Positions 1 through 12,800 of a DNA stretch of 64,000 bases are shown piece by piece. Made by a program: the position numbers and the translations under genes. Under the pieces are notes generated by a model that was not told the origin of the DNA, did not search any database, and was given only the letters and a program-made list of their open reading frames with translations. Each line of letters begins with the position of its first letter. The first letter of the stretch is position 1. The stretch is taken from assembly GCA_030265395.1 (NCBI GenBank), contig JARFYF010000067.1, forward strand, positions 12,287,607 to 12,351,606. The letters are read 5' to 3'. The stretch comes from Rhina ancylostomus (taxonomy: Eukaryota).

Positions 1-318
1 GTAGATACCACCGACGGTGGGGAGGGACGTGCCCGTGATGTACTGGGGCTGAGTCCACCGCTCTCTGCAGCTTCTTATGTTCCTGCGCGTTCGAATTGCC
101 GTCCCAGACCGCGATGCAACCGGTCAGGATACTGGACTGCCCCCCAGCACATTCTCAGTAATGCATAAAGACACATTTCACTGTGTGTTTCGATGTACAT
201 GTGACTAATAAATAAATATCTTATCAACAGTGCATCTCTAGACGTTTGTTAGAGTGTTCGGTGACGAGCCAAACCTCCCTATGCTCCTCAGAAAATAAAA
301 ACGCTTTCATGCCTTGCT
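1..318 (-). mobile_element. Rex1/Babar-like LINE 3' ORF fragment, interrupted at ~132-225
   Basis: Minus-strand translation gives KRFYFLRSIGRFGSSPNTLTN...RCTV and SILTGCIAVW.GNSNAQEHKKLQRAVDS, typical of the post-RT region. Confidence 0.7.
132..225 (+). mobile_element. SINE 3' tail nested in the LINE fragment
   Basis: ctgccccc...catttcactgtg..ttcgatgtacatgtgactaata is shared with the tail of the SINE at 48640-48810. Confidence 0.65.
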
Positions 319-645
319 TGTAGATGTGGCCAAGCTGTTTCCCTTGGTGGGTGAGTCCAGGACCAGAGTGCACAGTCTTAGAATTAGAGGGTACCCACTT
401 AGAACAGAAATGAGGAGGAATTTCTTTAGTCGGAGGGTCGTGGATTTATGGAATTCGTTGCCATGTAAAGCTGTGGAGGCCCGATCACTGGGGGTGTTTA
501 AGGAGGAGATTGATTGGTATCTAATTAGTCAGGGTATCAAGGCATATGGGACAAAGGCCGGGAATTGGGGCTAGATGGGAGAATAGTTTAGCTCATGATG
601 AGGTAGCGGAGCAGACTCGATGGGCTGAATGGCCTACTTCTGATC
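319..645 (+). mobile_element. CR1-type LINE 3' end
   Basis: ORF 314..574 LFPLVGESRTRVHSLRI...RRNFFSRRVVDLWNSLP, followed by gatgggctgaatggcct tail. Confidence 0.9.
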
Positions 646-989
646 TTGTGATCAGACCTTGTGAAAAGATCTTGTGACCTACTTATCCTTTTCACCCATC
701 CTTCTAAAACGTCAAATACTGCTGAATATTCAGTTCCCAGCTTTGTAACATTGCAAAGTGTTAATAAAGATCATAACTGTTTATTTCTATTAGGTTATCA
801 ACTGACCTGTACTGCAACAAATGCTGCACCTATTTCGATAAAGAGCCTTGAATTTTACCTTGTCATTCTTTCTTACTCTCCCTATACTTGTACCCACTGC
901 CCTTCCCAATACGCTGTGGTTATCAATATCCCTGTGGCTACACCACAGTGTTGTCCCTTTCATTCTCTTTGCTGTCCTAACACCCCTTC

Positions 990-1430
990 ACCTGAACTCC
1001 TCAACTTGGGTTTTCTGCTTTCTGAATCTGCCCTCGGGTTCCCAGTCCCCTGCCAAACTAGTTTAACCCTTTCCAACAGCACTGGCAAGCCCTGTGAGGA
1101 GATTGGTCTTGTTCCTGTTTGCGGTGTGACCTGTCAGGCTTGTAGAGTTCCACCTCCCCCAGGAGTGGTCCCAGTTCCTCATCCTACACCAACTCTCCAG
1201 CCGCACATTCATCTGCTCCATCTTCCTGTTTCTGTGCTCACAAGTGCGGGGTGTAATCCTGAGGTCCCAGTCTTTAGTCTCTACCCTAGCTTCCTAAACT
1301 CTCAATGCCCCCCTTGACCCTGCAACATTCCATCCTGGAGTCACCCCTGCACCCACAGAAATGCCCGTCTGTCCCCTGAAATATGGAAACCCTGATCACT
1401 ATTGCTACCTCATTTTTGTCCTTGTCATCT
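990..1430 (-). mobile_element. Degraded CR1 ORF1 (esterase-like) region
   Basis: AIVIRVSIFQGTDGHFCGCRGDSRMECC resembles the CR1 ORF1 motif AIVIGDSIVRGTDRRFCG..RDSRMVCC. Confidence 0.6.
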
Positions 1431-1561
1431 TGTGCACACTTGTGGTGCCATGTTCCTGGTCCAGATGAGGAACGATTGTGCTCATCAGTATCCCAAGGGA
1501 AAGTTCTATGAGGGGCCCCTGCCCACTCTGCCCACTGCAGTGTGACCACCTCCCTAAACGT

Positions 1562-1730
1562 GCAGTGTCTGTAGAGAGAGGAACAGAGTTAACGCTTCAG
1601 GTCCAAGACAACTTCCGATGAAACGTGAACTCTCTCCACAGATGCTGCCCGACCTGTTGAGCGTTTCCAGCATTTTCTGTCTTTACTTCTGATTTCCAGC
1701 AGCTGCAGTTTGTGTTTGATTTTCATTTAC
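1562..1730. repeat. Penelope-terminus-derived inverted repeat element
   Basis: tctgtagagagaggaacagagttaacg pairs with cgtgaactctctccacagatgctgcc...; same family as 2205-2555. Confidence 0.6.
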
Positions 1731-2204
1731 TGTGAAACATCAGGTCCTTCTGAAATTTGGGATCTATCTAATGAGACCACTTGAATCCATGGAAGGTGAA
1801 GGACTGGCAGTTACAGGTCTGGACATAATTTGGAGTCACCAATGAATTGTGGATTGTAAAGGTAAAGTTTCGAAGATGGAAAAGAATTTGCTTATCAAGT
1901 ATAAACAAGGCAGGGTATGATATCAGGGCAGGGAGATGTATGGAGTTCTCCAGGTATTGGGTCTGGGGGTCTTGCTGCTTTTAAACAGTCATTGGCAGTG
2001 GTTAAGTTTACTCACACTGTCGATCTCTTGTGAGAAAGTAATGAATGCTGGTGAAATTGCCAGAAGTACTTAGTATTTGTAAATAAGCAGAACTATGATA
2101 TTTACAATTAAATATTAAATGCTAGGAGTTGCTAGGTTAAAAGGGTATTTATTTGCACTAGATAAGCTGGAGGCCAAAAAATTTGGGAATTATAGACAGA
2201 ACTT

Positions 2205-2555
2205 TCAGTGCAGAAAACAGGAAATGTCAGGGATACTCAGCTGGTCAAGCAGCATCTGTGGTGAGAGAAATGGAGTTAACGTTTCAGGTCAATGGACCTT
2301 CATCAGCTCGAACTGCTAATGTCACAAATGGTCATTATCTGGCCAGTCCTGGTCTCCACCCTATCACAGACACCCCATCTGTTCTCTCCACTTCTCCCCC
2401 TTTCTGCAATTTAAAATGCACCTGTCTTCTCCCGTTCTGATGATGGGTCATTGATGGGAAATGTTGACTTGATTTCTCACTCCACGGATGCCGCATGACC
2501 AGCTGAGTTCTTCTGACATTTTCTGATCTCATTTCAGATTTCCAGCATCTTCAGT
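2205..2555. repeat. Penelope-terminus-derived element with ~95-bp inverted arms carrying hammerhead-like motifs
   Basis: Arm ~2215-2306 is the approximate reverse complement of arm ~2437-2530; CTGATGA...GAAA is present in each arm. Confidence 0.7.
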
Positions 2556-2599
2556 TACTTCATGAACGCTGAACAATATCATCAAAGCAAGGGAGTGTT

Positions 2600-3400
2600 T
2601 GGCTCCAGTGTGTTGAAGGTGAATGTGTGAACTGGTCAGAATCCCCTTGCTCGTTGATTCAGTGAACAGGAACTGTCAAGCTATGACTCCAGCCAAGGTG
2701 TTCCAATGCTGCTACAACAACTAATGATCTGGAAAGTTAGCCAGGTATGTCCTATCCACAGAAAGCAAGCCCCCAATTCAACCCAGTCAGTGATTACCCA
2801 GTCTACTCTCAATCATCAGCAAAGTGTTGTCAAAAGTGCTGTCAAACAGCTTTTACCCAGACCTTGTTCTCTGATGGGCTTCAAAAGTCCTTGGTCCCCA
2901 AAACCTTATTACGTACAGCTTTGGTTCTAACACTGACAAAGAGCTGAGTTCCAGAGGTGAGGTGAGAGTGACTGTCACTAGCATCCGGCAGCCTTGGTGA
3001 AACTGAAGTCAATGAGCGTCAAGCAGAGGACATGCCACTGGTTGGAGTCATACCCGGAACAGAGGAAGAAAGTCGTGGTTGAAGTCCAGTCTTCTCAGTG
3101 CCAGAATATCAATGTGGGAGATCTCTAAGGTAATGTCCTGGGCCCAGTCAGCTTTAGCTACTTCTATCTTCTACCATAAGCTAAGAAGGAAGGATGTTGG
3201 CCAATGATTGCACCATGTTCAATTCTGTTTGTAACTCCTCAGATACTGGCCACACGTACTAAGACTAAAATAACATTTAGAGTACTGATAAATGCCAAGT
3301 AACATTCACATCACCCAAGCTGAAGGAAATGACCATCTCCAACAAGAATGTGTCTAAGCACTTCCTCTGACATTCAACAGCACTGTCATTTCTGAGCTGA
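2600..3400 (+). mobile_element. Degraded LINE reverse transcriptase fragment
   Basis: WKVSQVCPIHRKQ resembles WK.A.V.PIHKK; later residual RT motifs; many frameshifts. Confidence 0.6.
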
Positions 3401-4769
3401 GATAAGCTACATTTGGCGTCAGGCTGGGACCAGCATCCTGGTGAATCAAACAATTAGGACTGCAGATCAAACTATATAGTGACGGGAAGGGTCAGATTAG
3501 GAGAAATTTAGGAAGTTATGGAGGTAATAGCACAGTCTAGCAATACAAAGCATAACAGGACATCAGGAAGTATCAGAGAAATAACCATAACAACACAGCA
3601 GCAAACCACTTGAAAGAAACAATTAAAAAGTAAAAATTAGAGGCTCTTGACTTGAATGAAAACAGATAAAACAGTACTACAAATAGCGATAAATGGGTTT
3701 GATCTGACAGCCATTACTGAGATGTGGTTGCTAGGTGGCTGAGATGTGGTTGCTTGGTGGCCGAGATGTGGTTGCTTGGTGAACAACACTGGGTACTGAA
3801 TTTTTCCAGGATACTTCTCACTTTGCAATGTTGGCAGAATGGAAAAGAAGGGGGAGTCTAATGTGGATTAATCAAGGAAAAAGGCCGCTCTAAATATAAT
3901 CCTGATTAATTAATATTCTCATTGTAAAGGATCCTCAGAGAAAGGCTCATTATAACATGGTACTTTTCACAATCAATCTGAGTGACATACATGTCCAAAA
4001 GTAGAGTCCGAATCTTAGACAGGAGAATCCCAAAGGTGTCAGCTGGCTAATGCAGATTGAATAGTAGATTAAAAGACATAACCTGGATGGTTTCATGAAA
4101 TTACATTTAATTGGGAAATAAAGAATCCAGAAGGAAAAATGACCATCACTGGCTAACTAAAGAAATTAAACCTGCTATTGGATTAAAAGAAAATGATTAG
4201 AATCTTTCAAAGAACTGTTGGTCTGAGGAGTGGAAGAATTATAACAAGCAGCAAAGGATGACAGAAGAATAGAATATGAAAGTAAGCTAGCAAGAAATAC
4301 AGAAACAGATTCTAAGAGCTTCTACAAGTATGTAGAAGGGAAGGAGGTAGCAAGAGTGGGTGTTGATACCTTAGAAGCTGAGACAGGGCAATTAATAATG
4401 GGAAAACAAGGATATGGAAGAGATGTTAAACAAATGTTTTGTATGTATTCACAGTAAAAGATATCAAAATTAGTACATAACCAAAGCACAAGGGAAATTA
4501 AAGATCTTAAACTGATTAATATCACTGGACAAAAAAAATTACGTCATCTAATGGGATCAAAGCTAATGGACCCACACACATCTCGCATTGTGGAAGAGGT
4601 GACAATCGAAGCATTGGCTGTGATCTTACAGAATCCCCAACATTCTGGAAAGCTCCGACTGATTGGGAAACCGGTAACTTAACACCGCTATTGAAAAATG
4701 GAGAGAGAACAGGGCCAGTTAGCTTAACGTCACTCATCAGCAAGAATGCTGGAATCCATGGTTAAATAA

Positions 4770-4965
4770 ATGCAGAGTGGTGACATGGCTAGCACTGATG
4801 CCTCTTTGCTCCAGGGTTTGATCCTGACCTTGTCTGCTCTCTGTGAGGACTTTACACACTCTCCTTGAGACTTTCTTAGGGTGCTCCAGTTTGTTCCTAC
4901 ATACCAAAGACGTTGCTCGGTTAATTGGCTTCTGTAACTTGCCTCCAGAGTAGATGGGCGGGATA
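4770..4965 (+). mobile_element. V-SINE (HE1-like) nested in CR1
   Basis: tRNA B-box-like ggtttgatcc plus V-core gggtgctccagtttgttcctacataccaaagacg...ggttaattggc. Confidence 0.75.
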
Positions 4966-5455
4966 AGAATTAGAACACAGAACTGTACAGCACAGGAAGA
5001 GGCCCTTTGGCCCACAATGTTGTGCCGAACCAATTAAGCTAATGATACCTAATCACTTCTGCCCACACAATGTCCATATCCCTCCATTCTCTGCACATTC
5101 ATGTGCCTATCTAAGAGGCTCTATCATATTTGTCTCCACTACTACCACTGGCAGCATATTCCAGGCACCCACCACTCTCTGCGTAAAATGAACTTACCCC
5201 CTCTCACCTTAAATGCATGCCCTCTAGCATTTAACATTTTGACCCTGGGAAAAAGATACTGACTGTCTATCTATGCCTCCCATCATCTTATAAACTTTTA
5301 CCCAGTCTCTGATGCTCCAGAGAAAATAACCCTAGTTTGTAGCACATGCCCTCTAATCCAGGCAGCATCCTGGTAAACCTCTTCTGCACCTTCTCCAAAC
5401 CCTCCACATCCTCCTTATAATGGGATGAACAGAATTGAATGCAATATTCCAGCAA
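4966..5455 (-). mobile_element. CR1 LINE 3' fragment nested in the older CR1
   Basis: Reverse complement of the CR1 3' end (agagagtggtgggtgcctggaat; gggccaaagggcctcttcctgtgctgtac tail). Confidence 0.8.
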
Positions 5456-6504
5456 ATTCATGGGATTAGTAGTGTAGATAGGTGCTCAATGGTTGGCACA
5501 GATGTGTGGGGTGGAGGTCCTGTTTCTAGGCTGTGTGGCTGTACAACAGGCCTCTTGACAAAGCATAACATGTTTATGCAGAGGTAGCATGGTTTTATGA
5601 AAGGGAAATCATGCTTAAAAATGTAATGGAATTCTTTGAAGATATAACTAGCAGAGTAAAAGAGAAGTCCATGGAAGTAGTATATTTGTTTTGACATAAG
5701 ATATCAAATATAGTGCCAGGGTAAGGGATTTAGTATAAACGTTATTCTGGATAGGGAAATGGTTGAAAGACAGAAAAGAGAGCAGAGATAAATTGTGTGA
5801 GATCATTAAAAGGGATCAGGGTGTCTCATAAAAGAATCCAAACTATCTAACACTCAGGTATGGAGAGTAACCAGGAAAAACAAATAGAATGTTGAACTTT
5901 ATTGCAAATGGAATGCAGTACAAGAATAAGGAATTCTTGCTATATTTGGTCAGGACTTTTCTTTGGACAAAACAACACCTGTAAGGTTCCGATCTCACTG
6001 AAGGTTCACTTGACTGATTTTTGAGAAACAGGTTTTCTCATGAAGAACAATAGCACAGAATTTGGGAGAATAAGAAGAGATCTCATTCGAACAACTAAGA
6101 TGCTAATAGGTTTAGCAGGGAAAATTCTGTGGGGATGTTTCCTCTTGTACTATGGGCCATACATGGGTCGGGCATCCATTTATGACTGAGGTGAGGCGGA
6201 ATTTCATGTCTGAGGGTTGCTAAGCTTTGGGGGGTCCATGCTGAATTACTGAGTTGAGATAGATTTTTGGACTAGTGGAGAGACCAGGATTATGAAGATC
6301 AGCAGGAAATTAGGAATGAGGCCAAAGATCACATCTGCTGTGATACTTAGTGTGGAACAGGCAACAGGCCACAGGCCACATGGCTGCTTCTGCTTCCGCT
6401 TCCATTTCTTTTTCTTGTGAGACTCCCACCATCCACAGCCTGGGGTCACCATTGACCAGAAACTTAATCAGGCTAGCAAAACGCCCTGTGGCTATGGTGT
6501 TTAT

Positions 6505-6670
6505 GGAGAAGCAGGAGACTGCAGATGCTGGAATCTGGTAGAAAAAACAAACTGCTGGACAATCTCAGCATCTGGATAGTTGATGTCTTGGGCTGAAGCA
6601 TCAACAATCTCATGCCTCCACAGACTCTGCTTGACCCACTGAGTTCCTCCAGCAGTTTGTCTTTTGCTAC
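6505..6670. repeat. Penelope-terminus-derived inverted repeat
   Basis: ctgcagatgctggaatc...caaactgctgga pairs with tcctccagcagtttg. Confidence 0.55.
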
Positions 6671-7454
6671 AGTATTTGTGTGTCTGGCCGGGTTATATTT
6701 AAAAGAGTGGTATCTTCCAAAATGTTGATTGGGAAAGAATTGGTGATGGCCATTGAATAGAGGGTGTGTGGTACATGTACCAATAAGCATTGGAAATGCT
6801 TATTGCCTGGCATTTATGTGGCACGGACATTATGTCACGTCAGGCTATACCCAAATTGCGATTTTGTAGAAATAACAGATTCTGCAATTATTAGCTCTCC
6901 CACAATTTTTTTTTGATCTAGGCCACCCAGGCTGAGTGCTTCCCTCCCTCATACACTAACTCTCTCTCTCCAAATCCCTTCTGTATGCCAGTTCAGAGAG
7001 ATGTATCAGTGACAGCGCAATGTGAGATGTGTGTGGAGGTATTAGCATGTGTGGGCCTGCATCAGGGGTCAGCACCTAGCAGGGAGCAGTAAAAATGGTA
7101 GGCATGAGGAACTGCCTGTGGAGCTTCAGGAAGGCTGTAGGCTGGATTGGGTCAAGTATTAGCATGGTGCTTCCCCTGCCTGGCTGCGAGAGTGAGTGAA
7201 ACTGCACTCCACCTCTCCAGGTTGTTACTAGTCTGGCTCCTTGCCGAAGGATGACAGATAGCTGAGGAAGGGTAAGCAGCTAGTTCTCAGCAGAAGCCAC
7301 AACACTCTTATTGGCAAATACAAACATCATTTTAGAAAGTCATATTTATGTAGTTTAAGCTGTTTTCCCTCAGAAATAACCATATTAATTGACTTTTGCA
7401 AATTACTTTTTAAAATGAAGCTGAGTTTTTAATTAAAAGTCTGTCCATACCTGA

Positions 7455-8220
7455 ACATTCTCTAGGCCTTGCTTCATTTGCTAGGGCATTGGGAATGGAA
7501 CTGAACATTGAGGAGCATTTCCTGAGCTGACCACACGATGAAGGGAAGGCCATTGACGAGACAGCTGAAGGTGGCTGGGTCTAGGACACTGCCCTTGGAA
7601 ACTCCTGCCACAATGTCCTGGGGTAGGGATGATTGACCTCCAACCATTTCACTACCATCATTTGTATGAAGTACGATTTAGTTGTCCGAGTGTTTTCCCC
7701 ATGATGTTCATTGGTCAGTTGAATCATTTAATGCTATACTCCTGTCCAGAAGTCATTCTCACTTCTGGAAATCAGCTCTTTGGTCCATGGTCTATAAAAC
7801 CCAAACTAAATATCAGTGAGCACGTTATTGATGAGTAAGTGTCAGTTTATAACACTGTCAACCATACCTTCCATCTGATTGGATGAAAATTACCTGGATT
7901 GGAGCTGTCCTGCTTTTCGTGGGATGACAGATCTAGCCAATATTCCACATATTAGATAAATGCCTGTGTTGTGGTTGTATTGGAACAACTTGGCAACAGA
8001 TGCAGCTGGTTTTGTCATGCAAGTCTTCAGAACCAGTTGCTATATTGCTTGTTCCAATAGGTTTGCTGCATCCAGTTCATTCAACAAGCCTTTCTTAATT
8101 TTGTGCTATGAATGTAATCAACTGGGTTCTGGGATGGTGAGGATCTCAGTAAGATACTTCTGGTTGAAGATGGTTGCAATTAGTTCAAGCCATGTCTTTG
8201 CTCCATCATCACTGAGGCTA
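7455..8220 (-). mobile_element. Degraded LINE RT fragment
   Basis: Minus strand contains ggagtttccaagggcagtgtcctagacccagccaccttcagctg (GVxQGSVLGP-like); similar to 2600-3400. Confidence 0.6.
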
Positions 8221-8519
8221 TAAATCTTGGAGTCTGGTTCATTTCATGGATTATTGGGTGAATGAAAAGTTAGAAAGTTATTCATGCTCAGCTCCTGTGG
8301 AAGACTTAAAGCTCCCATTCAATAGCAGTAATAATAACATCACCTCCAGCAGCAAGAATTCTGAGATATCTAATTGTTGGCTCCCATTCTTTCTCCACTT
8401 TAATTGGCAGAACTTGAAATGCGTTTACCACAACTCTGGGCCACTCCCCAAGCTGCATGCATCTTATTGCCTCAACCATTTATCAAACCTTTCAGTACAT
8501 CCCTTTTGACTTTGTCAAT

Positions 8520-9540
8520 GAGCTCTCCCCAATTCTTCTGAAATCACTTCTCCCATTCATCATATTAAGATGCTTAAGAGCATAAGTTCACTATATAAGC
8601 AATGCTGTGTCATCGCCCCAACATTGCAGCAAGAAAAATTGAAAACAATGCTGCACCTCATCTCCAAAAATACTTCCTGATGGAGTGGAATTCATCTACC
8701 AAACTAATGGCAGCCTGGGTCCCCTCAACTCCAATGTTACACTGAAATAAGTAGAGAACATTTAAGTTTATGAGTGCGTATGAAGGTTGAGCTCCAAGTC
8801 ATTGTTGACTTGTTCACTGATGTGTATGAGTACTGGCCTTGAGTGCAACATTTGCAAAACAAAGGCACTCTATTAACCGCACTTGCTATAGAACACTGAC
8901 CTTCATCAATATAGGTCCATAACAAGACCCCGGAAAATATGAACCACTTGCCATATCTCAGGAGATACATCAGGGTATGATATGAATGGTAATATCCAGC
9001 CTTGCTTTCAGTGTGACAGCCGTCTCTGGCTGCTTGAGAAAAAGTTTGTTTGAGCATCGAGATCTCAAGTGCTGCACAAAGCTCACGTCTATCATGCAGC
9101 ACTCACCCCTGCCCTCTGATGAGCTTCTGAGATTGGGACCACTGGAGAGACGTCACCAATGCTGTTGGGATAATTGAATCATAAGTTTCCTCTCCCAAGC
9201 CAAGACCCCCAGCTTTGACAACCTATTTATCCTTAGTTGCCTTAGCTGGGGCAGCCACATCATTTCCATGCTTGACACCATATTTTCAAAACCTCCTTGC
9301 AAGAAAATGAAACATTCCCACAGATTCCTTGGTATCACAGGCCCTTAAATGCCCAAAGTGGGCAGGCAGCATTCAGGACAGAACCTTATGTCCATGCATC
9401 AGCAGCACTCAGTAACCCAGCGTAAATGGTAGAAGTGTCACCTCTCCAACTACTCACCCATCTGCTCTGCCAAGCACTGCCCATTCCATCTGTTACAAAC
9501 TTTGTAGATGCCACATTGGTCTCAAAGCGCAGAACTGGAG
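8520..9540 (+). mobile_element. Degraded RTE-like LINE fragment
   Basis: Residual F.YL.S..S, A.SAF..LRK..F and LRW.GH-like motifs; similar to 18010-18600. Confidence 0.5.
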
Positions 9541-9834
9541 GGGAAGCAAGTCATCCCCAGTCAGAGGGAGACTATGTATGTGGAGGTAAGTAAACACACA
9601 CACACGCATGCNNNNNNNNNNNNNNTACTATTGCAGGACCACATGGTGTACATCTGCAACATAGCAGGCCACTGCTGACCACCATCCAAGTCTTTCTTGG
9701 CTACAGCATGAGATCCTGTTCCCCAGAAAACTTTGCAGAATGAAAATACGATTCCACAGGAAACAACTCATTTCCAACCTGATGAGCTCAAATCCATTAA
9801 CAACCTATGTCACAAATACATGCAGAGTCAGAAT

Positions 9835-12800
9835 GTGTTCTCACCATTTTTGTTTTATTTTAAAAACAGTGCTTTATTACCGTTGGGAAGGATGTCCCCT
9901 CCTTTGAGTTTATAAAAGCCAGCAACAAGATCAATAATTTATACATGGGAAGTAATACAAAAGGAATAATAGTCCATGTCCTATCTACTTAACATTCATG
10001 ATTATATCTAATTATAACCCAATGAATACTGCTCGGTGATGAAGCTACTATACGATATACCATACCTTCCAGGGAAACGTTCACAAACAAGGTGGATCAG
10101 GGTCAGGACAGTGTTGATGCTAGCTTTCTAGCAAGATTATATACCACCTGTGCATGGTTTTTTAAAAAAAAATCCTGTNNNNNNNNNNNNNNNNNNNNNN
10201 NNNNNNNNNNNNNNNNNNNNNNNNNNNNNNNNNNNNNNNNNNNNNNNNNNNNNNNNNNNNNNNNNNNNNNNNNNNNNNGTTTTCTCCTATTTTATTCCCT
10301 TTCCAACACCTGCACCACAGCACAATTTCCAATTCCCCCACCCCACTGCTCCACTCTGGTTGGAGTTCAGAGGGTTCTTTGCTCTTTGTGGTTCACAGAA
10401 TCTTCCAGTCGTGGAGGGTGAAGCTTTTCCTTGTTTATCTGGGGGAGGGGGCAGGGAGGATGGTGGTGGTGGGGGGGAAAGGAGATTGTGATCATATTGA
10501 GTGAACTGTATTACAAGTAAATGGAAAGAAATAAATGTTGTTTATAAAAAAAAGGCTGAAGGATTAAATGGTTCAAGTATCTGCATCAGCCATATAACTG
10601 TGATAATGACTCCTACTACTAACAACCAAGAGTTTCCTATTCCAGTCGGGGTACAGCCATGGGTCCCGTCCAAAAAAACCACACACACACACACACACGC
10701 ACACGCATGCACAACACAAAACAAATAAAACTTGTCAGTCCCACTGAACCTGACCTGATGGACGGGCTGTTGGATATTTACCACACGGTAAGTTGCTGAC
10801 TGGACGTGGCCCATTCTTGCTAAGCAGCAAGATGGTTTTTTGCCAAATAAAAAGAGGATTAAAAAGAAAACATTTACTCTACTCAGAAATTGTTCCCTCC
10901 AAATATTCTGTCTATTCTACAGCTGCTCTGAGGCTTTTACAAAATAAAAACAAGGATAGAGAACAATACCCTTGGCTTACTTGGTAGTCAGTGGAGTAGA
11001 GTGCAGCTGTAGTGCTAACTTACTAACATGTTCACTGGTTATAATATAAAAGTTAACCTAAGTAAAAGAATATGATTTGTAGTCATAGGAATGAAAGCGA
11101 TTTCTGAACCTGGTGTGACACAGAATAGCAACTCCCATTAATACAGGCCATCTGTGGTTTCTATGTTTTCCTTCTATAGTAACATTTTATATGCGCTACT
11201 AAACTAACTGGAGCACTACCAGGAGATGCTGTCATTTGCCACGCCACATTCCCATTTTAAATTCCTTCCTCTGTGATGAGACTTTTCTGTGAATGTTTCC
11301 CCATTATAACAACAACTAAAATATNNNNNNNNNNNNNNNNNNNNNNNNNNNNNNNNNNNNNNNNNNNNNNNNNNNNNNNNNNNNNNNNNNNNNNNNNNNN
11401 NNNNNNNNNNNNNNNNNNNNNNNNTTTATATACAAAAAAACATAATTGTCATACAGCGACAAACCATGCTTTGGCTTGCAAAAAAAAGTCATAACTTAAG
11501 GGCGGCAGTGTGGTCTCTACATCTAGTGTCCCTTTTTCTTTTAACAAAGATTGATTTTCTTTAAATAGCTTACTAAGCCGGTGCAGTGTACACTGTGTTG
11601 GGGGATACTGCATGATCAGAAACTCTGGCAGCAATTGTGCTGTCTGAACTATGGAAGTACACTTCTTTCTACCCTGATCTCCCACTGCAGAGATACAGTA
11701 TAACGGACAGCAAAGCCCCAGGAACATCAGAGCCAAATGGATAGGTCCAGGCCAGCCCCAAATGTGTACAATAAATCATTAGCTTCAATCTGACCTGGAG
11801 CCTCAATGACTAACCCTCACACATCAGTTTAGCTAACTTCCTGAAAATTTTAACATCTGAAATGGCATCATCAATGCCTTTAAAATGTCTGCCAACATAG
11901 TGTGGAATTCGTAACTTTTTCATTTACATGATGCAACTGGGTGTCTGACTATCCTTCCAAATCTTTCCTGCTGCAAGCTCTCAATCCCCACCCTACCCAA
12001 ACCTCTGTTCTCTGTTCTACATTTCTCAGGCAGAGATAGAGCTAGATTCCTCTTGCGACAGATGACCATTTTCTGTGCAGCATCTCCCTGCTCGTTTAGG
12101 TACTCACCGAAGACAGAGGTAAATGAAACAAAGATCACAAAGCAGCCAAAATCTGATGATGATGATTAGAGTTAACAGAAAGTTTGATTTAAAAACTGCA
12201 TTAAATTTTCACGTAATTCTGCTGAATGCAAGGGTGTCAGCCAGTCTGAGCAATATCCTAGGTCACATTAAAAAATTACAAATAAATTGGGTAATACAAT
12301 TCAATTAACCTGATGCAATTAAAACATGCATATATTTAGTGCCAACACTTCTGGATTGTATCACTTAATTCAATGGTGCTACCTGACAGTGCAGTGTAAA
12401 CCTGCCACATTTACGCAGGAGGCATGAAACCTCCATTTGGAATTTGCTGGGATCCTAATGCAATCGGTCAATATAATTTTAAAAACAAATGTGTTCAGAT
12501 AAATTTACATCACCAGTGGAGGGAGGTGGGATGTGTGGTCTTAGAGTCTTGAACAAATGATTAAATAGACAAAAGTTAATGTTGCAGCCACTTTGCAGTT
12601 TGACAGCAACTAATTATTTCGGCTGTTGCTATTGTTTAGTTGGATACAAACAGGCACAATTTAACATGCTAACTCTGGAAATGGTGAATAGATGGAAGCT
12701 GTTGCTATCCTCACTACAAAAACAAAGCACAACATAAAACTGTTTCCATCAACTCACATTTTGGGTAATTTCCAGCTTGCCCCCACCTCTCCTCCTCATT

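Larger units (their letters stand above)
3620..6345 (+). mobile_element. Long degraded CR1 LINE ORF2 (endonuclease to 3' end) with nested insertions
   Basis: GFDLTAITEMWL (endonuclease), KSFYKYV, DWETGNLTPLLKNG, QHGFMKGKSCL and a 3' RRNF-type motif, in order. Confidence 0.75.

Noticed and set aside
661-1317. Longest ORF (218 aa, plus strand)
   Set aside because: It lies antisense to a degraded CR1 region and has no recognisable protein features.
3716-3780. Three ~22-bp repeats resembling a short array
   Set aside because: These are spacerless slippage repeats within a CR1 relic in eukaryotic DNA, not a CRISPR array.
10441-10482. G-rich tract with G-quadruplex potential
   Set aside because: The G-runs are on the non-mRNA strand and the tract is low complexity; nothing supports function.
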